A DNA stretch of 64,000 nt from Marsupella aquatica (Eukaryota; Plantae; Marchantiophyta). The DNA is taken from contig OZ316892.1 of NCBI GenBank assembly GCA_973895155.1, positions 14,376,861-14,440,860 on the forward strand, written 5' to 3'. Made by a program: the position numbers and the translations under genes. Below, piece by piece: positions 12,448-24,893 of the stretch. The notes below the pieces were generated by a model, which worked only from the letters and a program-made list of their open reading frames with translations, was not told where the DNA came from and made no database searches. The stretch's first letter is position 1; each line of letters begins with the position of its first letter.

Positions 12448-14039
12448 CTAGAGGCCCTCTGCAAGGTCTAATTTCCCCCCCGGCATGAATGTTCGAGTCG
12501 TTAGCGACTTTAGTCTCGCAAACGACCTCACTGTTTCGTAGTCTGATGGCTGAGGCCGCAGCCCAGCTGACGGTCCGAAGGCATGGGTCTGGCGCATGTG
12601 AGTCCCAGAGTTGATGAGTTCGTCTCCACCACGAGCGAGCAAACTACGTTGCGTACCCACCGACCACTTCCCCAAATTGCACGATAAATCCAACCGGCAG
12701 AGGACGGCAAGATTCTCCTCGAGGCGCTTCAGGGACTCCCGTCCGGTGTCCTCAAACTCTTGCTCAGCTTCCTTGTCGCCAACCAGTTCCGGGTCTATGG
12801 AAGGGAAATCTGCAGCTAAAAAACTGGTGCAGCCATCGAAGGACTCCTGCAAATAGCTCTTGTTTTCGTCGAGCCAAAGTTCGTCTGCGCCGGAAATGAC
12901 TATCGTCATGTGGTTGTCGAGGCCTTCGGCGCGGAATATTTGGTTGAAGATGTTCCACGATCTTGTCTCTACCGGTGTAAGCCGATCTTTCTTCAGCACA
13001 AAGATGAAGTGACAATACACACCTTGGACCAACATCACGTATTCTCGGATCAATTTTGCGGCTCGATCTGTTGATATGCCTGTCCCTTTATCGTCGTTCG
13101 ACTCCCCGAGCCCCGGAGTGTCGACCACACGCCACCCTCTGCCTTGCCCTACCTTGACCTCCTTCGTTTCCCCCCTCAGACCTGAACTCGTGGGAAATTT
13201 GTTTGAGAGACAATCGACTCCATCGAGCCGCCCTGTCGTCATCATCTTGGCGAAAGTTGACTTTCCACTGCCAGAAATCCCAAAAAGATCATGGTCTCCG
13301 GCCCCCACGGCCCAAACTTGTCGATACCACGGTCCGCAATCTCTGGCAGCTGAAAAGGCAAAATTGAAGCACTCCAATTGTCAACCGCGGTGTCGTCATT
13401 CTCGGTGGTGGTCTCGTCACCGGCTTTGCCTACATTGACACTCGATTGCAGCACGGTTCTGATGATCGGAGTGTTGAGGTATCCTCCTCTGGCCGCCGGG
13501 CTGGCGAAGATGATGTTTTCTGGCCGTCTGAATCCATCCCTTTTGAGAACCTCCCTCACTCTCCGCTTGGTCTCATCGTCGGTGCTGCCTTCGGAATTCA
13601 CGAGGAACATGATTTTGTTTCTGCTGTGTTCGAAAACACGGGCCAAGACATGCAACCAGCTAAATTCATTGTGCTCGAAATCCGGCTCCAGAAAGATCTT
13701 ATCGTCTACATCGGTCGACGTGATGGTGCAGACAACGAAGACGAACTGCCCAGAACGCTGTCTCAAAGAATTCTGCGTCAGCCAAATCCTCGCAGTGTCG
13801 TCCCGGGACCAATCCTTGACGGTCTGGAAGGGAGCAGTATCAATCACCACCGGCTCTTGAGCCGATTTCCTCAAGAACAAGCGAATCCCAGCCTTGTTGA
13901 CGAGTTCTCTGGCGTCATTAAATTCTGCGAGGTCCTCTGCAACTCGAGACTTGAAGCTTGAATCATTTCCCACGACCAGAATCAGGGCCTCGGATGCCCC
14001 CGGTGCTGATGAAGATCCTTTGCAGAAGTGATTTCCCAT
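12448..14039 (-). CDS. Intronless tandem GTPase: N-terminal degenerate G domain plus C-terminal AIG1/GIMAP/Toc34-like G domain; one -1 frameshift at ~13281-13286
   Basis: Starts MGNHFC (Gly2, Cys6). Domain 1 has ILVVGNDSSFKS and VVIDTAPF. Domain 2 has GISGSGKST (G1), RGET (G2), WRVVDTPGLGES (G3), FIFVLKKDRLT and TIVISGAD (G4-like). Adding one base in 'atctttttggga' fuses ORFs 13242..14042 and 12448..13377 into ~530 aa. Confidence 0.8.
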
Positions 14040-14243
14040 CAATCTCTCTCTTCCAAATTCGAACTACCTTCTACTCCTCTGCTCTCTGTGTCGGCCTCTG
14101 ACCGGCAATAGATAACATTGGTGGAGATCGCTTGCAGAGGCAGTTAACCATCGATTGCCTCTCCCAAATTTCCTTCTTCCATTCCTGATCTGCTTTCTAT
14201 GTTTCACTCACACTACTATATGTTATCTATTTAGATATATATT

Positions 14244-14333
14244 GTGTGTGTGTGTGTGTGTGCTCAGGGGACTTTACAAGACTGTGCTCAGGGGGCTTTA
14301 CAAGACTGTGCTCAGGGGGCTTTACAAGACTGT
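14244..14333. repeat. (TG)n microsatellite followed by three 24-bp tandem units
   Basis: 'tgtgctcagggg(a/g)ctttacaagac' x3 directly after a TG run, upstream of the GTPase gene. Confidence 0.9.
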
Positions 14334-16771
14334 TGGGGGTGGAGGCCTTGGGGGTGGGGGCTAATCAGCCTATGAGGACGTCCATATGTCAATCCAAAGG
14401 AGGGATGCTTGAGCCAAATATGAAGCTAAAATGCCTTAGCCAAATGTGTCAGGTATGAAGATAATAAATGCAAAAAACCCTGAATAGAAATGGCCTCGTG
14501 GTCCACTATTTAGACCACCTCAAGAGGCGGTCTAAGCGTTTTACAAAAAAGCATCAGGGAAACAAAGAAAGGGACTCACAAGGGACGCATAAGCAGATAG
14601 ATGACTAGGTTAAGTAATGGTTTTGCCTGGCTGTCCCCACATTCATGTAGAATGAAGTGTGGCCTATTCCCACATTTTGAACGCCTACGATTGCATCTCA
14701 AATAATTGTCCCAGCAGACTTCTCGTAAAGTTTAGATAGTAACCCAACTCACACCAGACACCTTTTGGAGCTCCCACCTTTTGGAGCTCCCTGCCACGTC
14801 CCGTCTCCAACACCACACGGAATTGACTTTAAGAAGAGATTTGACTTTCCAAGCATGGGGGAAGAGTACTGGCAAGTTCCTAAGACTATAAACCAGCTTG
14901 CAAGTGATCATGGCCTAGAATTCAGACTTCACAAGAACGAGAGTACGACAATTGAGGGGTCATTTCTTAGATTTTGCTTTTAGATTTCACCCTCATTAAT
15001 ATAAATGCAAGATGTTGATTTTAGATTTCATGGTCGTCTATATGAACGCAAGATTTAGGTGAGACCGCAACCAGTCCACTTTGGCATTACATGAAGTTGC
15101 AAGGTCAAGTTCCCATTCCTACATGGACTGGAGTGGGTCCCCCAAAATGTCTACATGGACTGTAGTTTTGGATAAAATCAAAACACATCTTGCCTGAGCA
15201 GAGGCTTGCCAGTCCCCAATGTTTACATGGACATTGTAGTTTTGGAACTCTACCAGGGTTTTCAGTTTTCCCCCAATAGGGTTTTAGTTCTGAGTTTGCT
15301 TCTTAGTGAATTTTTAGTTGTTGTGGGAGACTCCTTGGTTTGTTGGGCCTCTTTGGTCTTCTCTGGGTCTTTCCCTTTTCCCTCCCTTCATTGGGTCATT
15401 TTGCGTGTGGATCATGTCTCCCCAGTTTCACAATATTTTTTTTAAGGTTTATATATATTTGGTCAAAATTCAGACCATCTCATGCCTAAGGCTTGCTACC
15501 TTAGAGTACCTCCTTTGTCCCACTAGTAGTGTTAGCTATGAGAATGTATGTTGACCTTTAGCTATCGGAGGGTTGACTGTTTGGTGGTCTTCCCACTTGT
15601 AGACTAACTTAGGACATTTAGCTCTAGCTCCTGGGCTTTTTTATTCCTTCGCCTTCCCTGCTTTTTTCCTTCCTTTTGTTTTCCTCCCTGTATTGGGATT
15701 CATGATTTTTGCTCTTTGTAATATTTTCTATATTAGCTCATACCATTATTCCACTAGATTTGCAACACTAGTTCTATACATCACACTATTGTAATGGTAG
15801 ATCTTTATTTCTTATTATTTTCCTCCAGTGGTTTTTGGAGCCTGCATTTGCCCCCTTATTTTGCATTTGGTGTTGGTCATCTCTAAAGGTGTTTGTTGCT
15901 ACTCACATGAATTCTGGCCCTTTCTAGTACTTTGTCCTTTTTTTAATCCAGTTGCTATTTTTGAAGACACACAGAGTTTTGGCCAAAGTTCAGACCACCT
16001 CTCAAAGTGCTACTTTTGAAGGGCTTGGTAGCTTCTCATTATGTCGGACAGTTTAAATGCAACACCTGCTGTTTTTTGGTCAGGAGACACTGTGAATGGA
16101 TGATTAACCATTGTAAGTAGGATAAAACATCTTTGCTTAGTTTCAAGGAAACTGTCTGTTGTCCGCAAAAATTGAAAAAACCATTTTGGTCAAGAGACAC
16201 TCTAAATGGACAGTAAAGCGTATGCATCGTAGAACCACTTCTATTCAGCGAGACAGTCCATGGAATGTCATTTATGACATTTGGGCTGTCCACTGCCCAT
16301 TCTTATCCGCCTCCTGCCAGCAAAATTAGAGAAACAACAGTTTTCTCTAAGTGACAAAATTAAAGCTTCCTCTGAAACCCCACTTTTGGGTGGGGTTTGA
16401 TTAAAAGGCACTACGTCTGCAGGGGTATTAGAACCTGCACCTCTATCTCCCCAGACAGGTACCACTCTACCCATAGTCTAATGGACAAAACAAATAGTTT
16501 ATTCCTGGTATTTATGCTTAGATCTGGGCTGATATCAATGTGCACAGTTTGGCCAGCATCTTACAGGCAACAGGCAAGGACAGTCATAAATGACTTTCCA
16601 GGGACCGGTCACCCCAAATCTGCTTAGGCAAGAGGTGGTGATTCTCTCAGTTATGGTAAAACCAGGGGTAAAACACAAGTGACCCTAGCTTGTCCTCCCC
16701 TAGTAATGAACTTGGGCAAGCTCACAAAAAGTACTGAGTGGGGAGTTGTCACTCAAAGCATCTCCAACCCT

Positions 16772-19700
16772 TGTAGGATTTGGTTACTGGGTATTAAGTG
16801 TCTGGTAGTGATAAGTAGTGTGAGCCAGGACCCTCACACCAAAGCTCAGCCCCACCGCCCTGGTATGACTCAGTTGCGCCATTCTACCAATGAGGACATG
16901 CCACTGTTCAGCAGGTGTAGCATGTTGACTATGATGTCTTCCTTCATGGCGATCCAATCATTATTCATTCCATGCACACGTAGTCAACATCATCTCTATG
17001 TGGTTCACCTCTTCTCTAAGGTTACGTCCACACGAACACTCAAGCTTTACTTCAAGAGTAGACGAACACACATGCTCTTCCTCTTCCTCAAGTTGCTCCG
17101 TTACAATGAGTAAGCACCACACACCAGCGGCTTACACTAGCCCTGGTATATACAAGGTCACACACAACTAACCTAACCTCAGCTAAGACCCTAATTGTGG
17201 TTAGCCTAAGTGCCATAACCTTTGAGTCACAAGCCTAAGAGCAATCCTTAACATAGCATAGAGTTGCTTGCAAAGCGTCACCTCCATAGAGGGGGGTCTC
17301 AAATATACACCCAATATGCTGTCCTATAGGATAGTGCAAACCCCCATAAAATAACCAGTCAGCGTGTCCCATGGGTGCAAACACTTTCTGTCACTTGCAT
17401 ATCAAACGATTTACACAACAAATACGTGTTTCCTCCTACTAAAATTGTTTGTTATCGTATGACGGGAACGTGGAGGGACGCTATTAGGATTCTATTGCAT
17501 GTAGGATGAGTATGTTTGATTCCACTCCCGGAAGTGTAATTTTTCATCAAGTCTACCGACTAGCCACTCTGCTTTTGATCAAGTCCCATGGACTACGCCA
17601 CACACACACTCCTCCTGGTCGCTGGTGGAGTGCTATCACCACCCCCCTACTCACACAGTCGACCAATCCGTGCAAGTATTCCTTAGACACTTCTTGGGAA
17701 AGAACACAATCGTGAGCCGAAAAAGATAACGCCACACCAAAACTTGAGGAATCAAACCAAATCCATATCTTTTGGCAAAAAGTGGTAACACATTGCAAGG
17801 ACAACCCAACCTCCTGCCGTTTGCCCAACTCCTGCCTCACTGGGGCAAGCGCTACACCTCTACCTCACTACTCTGGCTTGAATTCCCCTTCTGGCTATGA
17901 GCTAACTTCCCTAACACCAACACTAGACTGAGTTTCCCCGCTAACTACTCCGGGACTCTCCCCTTAAATACTCAAAACAACACACCAAAGCACCCCTCAC
18001 GGGGTCACTAGGATGGCGGCTACCCTAGCGGCGCCGCTAAAACCCTTCACAAAGAAATCCCTAATCCTAAAGCATGCGGCACACACATGCTCCTAAAACC
18101 CTAGTCTAACAATGGGACCGAGGGTGCCTTCGACGGCGCCCCAACATCGCTCCGTAAACCACAAAAAATGCAAGGGACCCCACAATTGCCGAAACTTGGT
18201 GCCACTCAGATTGCACCTCTGAGCTCACCCCTGGGTAGCCCTACTCCCCCTGATCATGAATCACAAAACCGCTCCCAAAACGGACGTCGAACGACCAAGT
18301 TATGGCTGTTTTAGTATCACTACTTACCAACTTCGTCGGGCCCTAACTTACTCATCCTGGCTCCGTTTGAGGAGCGTCGCCTCTTGTTGGAATCAGCTCC
18401 GTGAGCTCTTTCCAACAAGCCCATGAGTGCACCTTTCCAAAAAGTTTCACAATCCAGAGGTTGTACAACCAAGTCCGTACGGCTACCCTAGTCCTCCTCC
18501 TCCACACTCACGGTGCCCTGGCTTGAGCCCCGTGAGTTGGTCTCCTCATCGCTCTCCATTGGAGTGGATACCACTCCGCTAAACAAGGACTCACTTGAGT
18601 CCACCACCTCCTATCCTATCTATCTACCTTGCCTACCAGCCTCAATCCTCCTGATCGCCACCTCTGGTCCGTTGTAAAAGGAGGGGGCCCCTACAATTGT
18701 CGAAACTAAACTTTTCTCAGAATTCACTTCTGAAAACATATCTGAGGAGCCCTCCTCTTCCTGATCACGGCTCCGTAAACGGTGCACAAAACGAAGGTCA
18801 AACGGCCAAGATATGGTCGTTTAAGTGTTCACGGGGCACTGTCTCCCTCCGTTTCGTCTGTACAACACCAAGGGGCCCGTCTTTGCAAAACCCATATCAC
18901 GGTTTCTCTGTATGTGCTGCTACCTCCTTCTTCCCTTGCAAAGCCGGGACCTCTTGCCGTACGATCGTCCGTACGGCCTCAAAACCCCCGTATTCTCAAA
19001 AAACGCGATCAGTTGTATCTCCCCCGTCTTAGCTCCGTTTTGGCCGTGTGACACATCGTTGGATTCAGCTCAACAAGCTCTTTCCAACAAGCCCGTAGAC
19101 TCCTGATTTTGAGATGGTCAAAAATCTGATGTTCGTACAACCAGGGTCCGTACACACGTTGAAAGCAAGCACAAGAGGGAAAGGGTTTAGGGTTTAGGTA
19201 TGGGTGGAAACCCCACAAGTGAGAATAGAGAAAAAGGGAAGGAAGAAAGTGTGAGGGCCCCTTCTACGGAGTGCCCCTCTACGAAGTGGGGAAGGGAAAG
19301 AGAGCAAAAAACCATGTGAGGACCACACAAAGGGTGAAGGGGAACACAAGTGTGGGAACCCCTTCCTTCTAAGGGCCCTCCCACCATCACTACTCCAAGA
19401 TTGCCTAGTTTGCTGTTTTACGGGCGTTGAGGTCCCTCGAGATGTCACTGTTTGATATAGACCTAAAATCAACTAGAGAACCTCAGTTTCGCATGGGGCT
19501 CATTGAGGGCTTCAAAATGAATCCAAACATGACCATGTTTGGAATAGTACTAGCGCAGCAACGTCTGTTTTAAGTTTCAATGTTTTCTATATTTTGGTCA
19601 TTCTTCTCGTTTTGCGCCTTACGTGGAGCCTCCGACCAGCCCCCACCCCTCCAAGATGCCCACACCTTGGCTCCAAGTCCTTGGGCTGCCTTGTGGCCTC

Positions 19701-19912
19701 CTTGTACCCCCTCAATGGTTCCCTTGTCATCCATCACCGCCCGACACCCCTCTTAACTCCGTTTTGTCCGGTTGTCGCATCCATTTATTAGAACTAACAA
19801 AAATGAAAATTTTGAAAATCCAAACACTTTTACTACACCTACTTCTCTTTCTACTTATATACGCAATTATAAGTTATCACTAAGTTACTACCGAGTTTGG
19901 GGCCCTGTCACA
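16772..19912 (-). mobile_element. Ty3/gypsy-type LTR-derived block
   Basis: Bounded by 'tgtagg' (16772) and 'ggggccctgtcaca' (19912). It contains the LTR-family core at 16970-17230 and GC-rich internal sub-repeats. No clean TSD is visible. Confidence 0.5.
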
Positions 19913-19937
19913 CTTTCATATTTCATTTTCCCCATCC

Positions 19938-21640
19938 TGTGACAGTTGGGCTGTTGTTAAGAGTATTGGCCATGTCGGCAAAAGTGATGCTGATGCCTGC
20001 ATGCTCACATACTTTTGTGAAAGCAATTCAAAGCTTATATTCTAGAGAAGTTAAGGACAACAATTTTAAATGTCAAAAGTTTATTCAAGATTTAAATCGC
20101 AAAAAGTGTCATTGGCCAAGCATAGTGGTGGACCTCGCCACCCAGCGCCCTCACCAATCCTAGCACTTGCGCCTAAGTGCCCTTGGTGCCCGAACGCCTC
20201 CACGGAATACTTCGAGCAAGTGTCCACGTGCCTCTAGCACCACCTGCGGCCACTCCCATGCGAAGTCGCACTTGCTCACTTACACGACCGCTACTCAACG
20301 GTCCTCACTATCTGCACAAACAACCAAGCACCTCGGTAAGTAACCCCTCCGGATCTAGAACTCGCCCAGTCTAGCATCCTAACTCAAGTTCAACAGACGT
20401 TGGTAAATAGGTCAGCGATAGGTCCTCCCGATGCCATAAGCCGGAACCAGAACCCACGCCCACTGTCCGTCCAGGGCAGCTCCTTCCTTGGGCGCGGCCC
20501 GGGTTCTCCCTCGTACCTATCCATCACCAATTGACCGCCCTGACCTCAGGACATGCTCATGGCCCAAATAGCGTAGCTTGTCCTAAAGTTGCCCCAAGCT
20601 TGTCCCAACACGCCGGGACCAGAACGGCCCCGACCCTAGCAACCGCTCCTGGTTCGCCCCACTGATGGGACTGAGCACCCTTGGGACTCAGCCTCCACAC
20701 CTACTTGGCCTTGCCTCCCCAACGCAAGCTCCCTTGGGAGGCTGAACGCGGCTTGGCTGCTGTTCGACAGGATTTAGCAAGCAGGTGAGCTAACACCCGC
20801 AAACCACGAGAACCCACGGCACCCCCAGACCCATCTGAGCTCAAGAGGGCGTAGCCCTCCTCGAGAGCTTTCCAATGAACCCAGGAAGTCCTCCAACGGA
20901 CTTCCCGTTGAGAGATATCGTCATTTCCGTTTGGCGATTTCCCTTAGTGTTGCGACCGCCGCGGCTCACGACTTTGGCTCGCCCTTAGCCCCCAGGGAGA
21001 CACCACTCCCCTCATATATGCTTCTGGGGACCTGCCTCCCCCGGACCAGCTTTGGTCCATAAACATTTGGCCCCCAACCCGGATCCCATCACGCATAATG
21101 GGTCGTCACCAACTTGCAACGCCCATAACTTTCTTGATAGGCATCCGCAAGCGGAGTGCCTTAGCCCGGTGCGAGCGGGCCGACCCAGTGCTCATGCCTA
21201 GGCCCTCAGGTCTGATCGCCGCTTGGGGGCCCCGACCGGCCCAACCCGGATCGGGCCACAACTTGCGCCCCAAGCGTCCGTTGCCAATGGCGTCAACTCC
21301 ATTGGCCTTGGGCCCAAGAGGAGCTCACTCCCAAGCCCTCAGAACTCAAAGTCCATCCGACGGTCCGGACGGCCATCCTTGAGCCCGACCCATTTCCCCT
21401 TGACCCGGACTAGCCGGCTAGTCCAAGTCCTTAGTTTGTGTCCCCAGCTTGGCCCCTTGCCTCGCCAGTGCCACGTCTCATTGCCCACAAGTCTCCCCAT
21501 GCTAAGTCCTCCCCGGATGGCCTATCCGGGCCTGGACCATAAGGGAGCTTGGCGTCGGAGTCAGCGACGCCGGAGCTAAGTGTTAAGGTAGTCGAGTTCC
21601 GCGACTAGCATGAACTAAGGAGGAAACCATTGGCTATGTC
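19938..21640. mobile_element. GC-rich LTR-retrotransposon-derived segment
   Basis: Begins 'tgtgacag', is GC-rich with no credible ORF, shares 'gagctttccaa'-type motifs with the adjacent block and abuts an integrase remnant. Confidence 0.4.
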
Positions 21641-21644
21641 AGGA

Positions 21645-21965
21645 ATTGTTGCCCCCCTCATGGCCCATGGGAAAGCGTTTTGATGGATGTAATCACAGAC
21701 TTACCAAGGTTAAACACCTTCAACTCCATAATGGCGGTCATTGATCATTTTTCAAGATGACTTTGTTCTTGCCCCACACCATAAAGCTCACCTCACACTA
21801 GTCAGGCGGCGGATTTGTTGTTTGAAAACATCTTCGGTCATTGGGGGATGCTGATGGAAATCCTATCGGACCATGATCCAAAGTTTGCGGCAAAGCCTTG
21901 GAAAGAGGTCCATGGTCTACCTTCCAATCACGCCCACATGGACGGCCAAACTGTAAAGTAAACCT
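21645..21965 (+). pseudogene. Ty3/gypsy integrase core fragment
   Basis: Translates with frameshifts to GPWESVLMDVITDLP...IMAVIDHFS...LLFENIFGHWGMLMEILSDHDPKF...HMDGQT, matching the Ty3 pattern PWxxVSMDFITDLP...VVVDRFSK...IVSDRDPKF...TDGQTE. Confidence 0.85.
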
Positions 21966-22081
21966 TGTTCTGGGCTTAAGCCTAATCAGACAGTTGGTTT
22001 AAGTTGTGGTTTATATATGGTTGAATCCCAGTAAAATAGCCAAGCTCTAGTCAGTCCCCTCAAGAAGTTTGACAAGGACGA

Positions 22082-22200
22082 TAATTACGGACCCCCATGA
22101 GAGGTCCCTGGAAAATTCCCTGCCACGAGGTTGCACCACATCAGCACAACTAGCCACAAACAGGAAAGATCATATTTTTTAGAGTAACAAAAGCGCACAT
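22082..22200 (+). mobile_element. End of a putative non-autonomous TIR element related to 49211-49330
   Basis: 'ttacggacccccatg...aaaat...cacatcagca...' is shared with 49213-49290. Confidence 0.4.
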
Positions 22201-23440
22201 TCATGTTTGTGGCAAAAACAACGTAATTTTTGGGTTTGGAAAGGGGACAAGTACTACAACAGGATCCTTTGGCAATCAAGGAACACCTCTAGTTTGAATG
22301 GACGGCATTTGGGGTTCTAGTTAAGTTCAAGGAGGTATTTGCTTGATCTACCCCCAAAATGAAATTTGTTACTTGATCAACCCCCTGAGGTCTATCAACG
22401 GTCCAGATCTGAGATTGAAAGGTCCATCAAGGGTCCAGATTGAGGAAAAGTATAGAGGGGTTGATTAAGCAAATTTTTTCCAGAATGGGGTCTACTAAGC
22501 ATATCTCTCTAAGTTCAAGCGGAAGAAGGGTCATCCTGTCATTGAGTGTTTGGTGATGTGGAAATGATAAGACCAATATGAGAGCACATGGGAACAGGAG
22601 GCGAACCTTGCTCACACAGGCAAAGTAGTTAGCAAATATAGGCAGTGTGCAGACTTGAGTAGTTAGTTTGGGACTTAGCTAAAGTTTTGCGTTGTCTGCA
22701 TATATAGCTGGTTCCTCATAGTAGTCGTAAATCGTCCATCTCCACAGTTTCAATATACACAAACGGGACCAAAAACATGAGCACCTGTTTATTGGCAAAC
22801 TGGCAAGCCTGGTAGAGCTTTGGGGTGACCCGTAGAGGAGGGTCACACAGAGGAATTGAACTTGAGGCTTTAGAACTAACCGCTTCACCTCTGAGAAGAA
22901 TAGTGAATGCATGATCCCCAAGCAATGGTACAGACACCTGTTGTCAAAAGAAGGTCACGACAACAGGCATTGTGGAGAAGAGGTCTCTTACGGTTTTCTT
23001 TTGTTGGCCCTCCTTTATTGGGTTTCTCCGTGTACTATGGTGTCTCCCAATTGGGCACCTTTTATTTTTGGCAATATATAAGTAACATATCTCATGAATA
23101 ATTTATTTTTTGAGTGTGGATCTTGCCAAAAGTACATTCAATCATGAATGTGCCCACTTGGGGTGGGCTAGCCCAAATTTGGCAATACTCTAGAGTTATT
23201 GGAGTGTCAAATTGGGCAAGTGGGTAGAAATTACATACTGGATAGGTGAATCCATCCAACTAATCAAACCAGATGGAAATCTACTTCCTAATATTGTCTA
23301 AAGTGAAGCCTCTAGACCATCTTACTAATAAATTACTAACAAAAGCTAGAGTTGTGGTTTGGGCTTTTAGAGTGAAGACTTTGGAACTTGAAACTAGGGC
23401 CCCACCAAATTTTGCAGACGGAAAGAACGAAGAAATGTAT

Positions 23441-23880
23441 GTCAAAACGAATCATGCACGAAATTTTTTGTCATCAATACTATTAATACATTTAGGCTCG
23501 TAACTTTAAGTGAGGGCATAATTGAAAGTGAGGGTAAAGACAAATAGCAGGGGTGGGGCAACCATGAACTGGAAATAAAGAGGAATCCTTTTTCTGCAAG
23601 GTTTTGATGGTCGCCTCTTTGTTCAAGGAAGGGGTAACCCGTAACCAGGCTCAAGTAGTACTGTCAAAACGAATCATGCATGAAAGTTTTTGTCATCATT
23701 ACTATTAATACATTCAAGCTTGTAACTTTAAGGGAGGGCATAATTGAGAGTGAGGGTAAAGTCAAAGAGCACGGGCGCAACCATGAATAGGAAATATGGA
23801 GGAATCCTTTTTCTACAAGGATTTTTTGGTCTCCGCTTTGTTCAAGGAAGGGGTAATCAGGCTAGAGTAGTATTGTCGAA
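23441..23880. repeat. ~223-bp tandem duplication
   Basis: 'gtcaaaacgaatcatgca...tactattaatacatt...gagggcataattga...ggaatcctttttct...ctttgttcaaggaaggggtaa' at 23441 and 23664. Confidence 0.9.
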
Positions 23881-24893
23881 ATGGAAACGTTCTGTCTCCC
23901 ACGGCCAGCCATATAATGCAGCAATGGGCCCACCCGCGTCCTACATTTTGAACATCCTGCTCTGGCCTCCAGTAACGGGGAAACATCCCAGGCACGGAAG
24001 CAAGAGGAATGTGACCTTCACATAATGATGTGTAGCAAGGATGTGTGCATGATTGTCCAACAACTTTTAAAAGAGAGGGAAAACATTCTTGCTGAAGGCA
24101 ATGAGGCAATCATGAAGCACAAAACTGTTGCTAGGTGGGTCCGCAAGAATCAAAGTTGTACATTTTCTTCCAATCTTCTTACTTATAAACCTTGAACACA
24201 AGCGAGAGTCGGTTCTAGAGTGAAGCCTCTGAACAGAAGGCTATAGTAGATTTGGGATCTAGACTTCTAGAATGAAGACTCTAGAGGGTAACTCTAGATA
24301 AAGACAATACCCAAAAGTCAGCATGGGGAAAAGATGAAGGGAACAACACAAATTATTTTCTAATTTCTTTTTGGGTCGTCTCTTTATTGATATTCAAAGA
24401 ATTGGCATTCAGGCGTGCAATGTAAAGTAGTCTCCGCAGGTCCTCAGATTCGCCAGACCACGATTCCACTTAAAGCACAACTGCCCTTCAAAAGCTACGG
24501 GTTACCCGTAGTAACCATTAAAAGTAAATTTTTCCTGAAATTGTGGAGCAAACTAGCATGCTAGAGGAGAACAATGATTTGAAATGTGAAAAAGTAGGAG
24601 GTCTTGGACACTTCCCCTTATATAGGGGAAGTTGTGGTTTAACTCTTTGCATCACTGTATGTTCCAAAGGGCTCCAGTCGAAGATGGTGAAAATTTGATA
24701 ATGAAGAGTAGTCACGGAGACGTAGGGGTCACCGACAAGATTGATGGTCTTAGCCATTGATTGTGCTCTTCTGCTCACTCTGGCCTTTGATTCAACGTTC
24801 GACGACTTCAGTCCTTTGAGGTCAATGACAAACCGGAGGAATGAGTCCTTCTACACTTTTGATCGTACAGTACAAGACGATGAGTTATGACTA

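Noticed and set aside
12611-13961. Several plus-strand ORFs up to 171 aa
   Set aside because: They are antisense shadows of the GC-rich GTPase gene.
15840-16630. Possible LINE ORF1 remnant
   Set aside because: The frames are interrupted and contain no diagnostic motif.
19183-19198. Telomere-like GGGTTTAGGGTTTAGG
   Set aside because: Only about two units, inside LTR-derived sequence.
16772-19912. Intact solo LTR with target-site duplication
   Set aside because: The flanking pentamers (accct versus ctttc) do not match, so it is kept only as an LTR-derived block.
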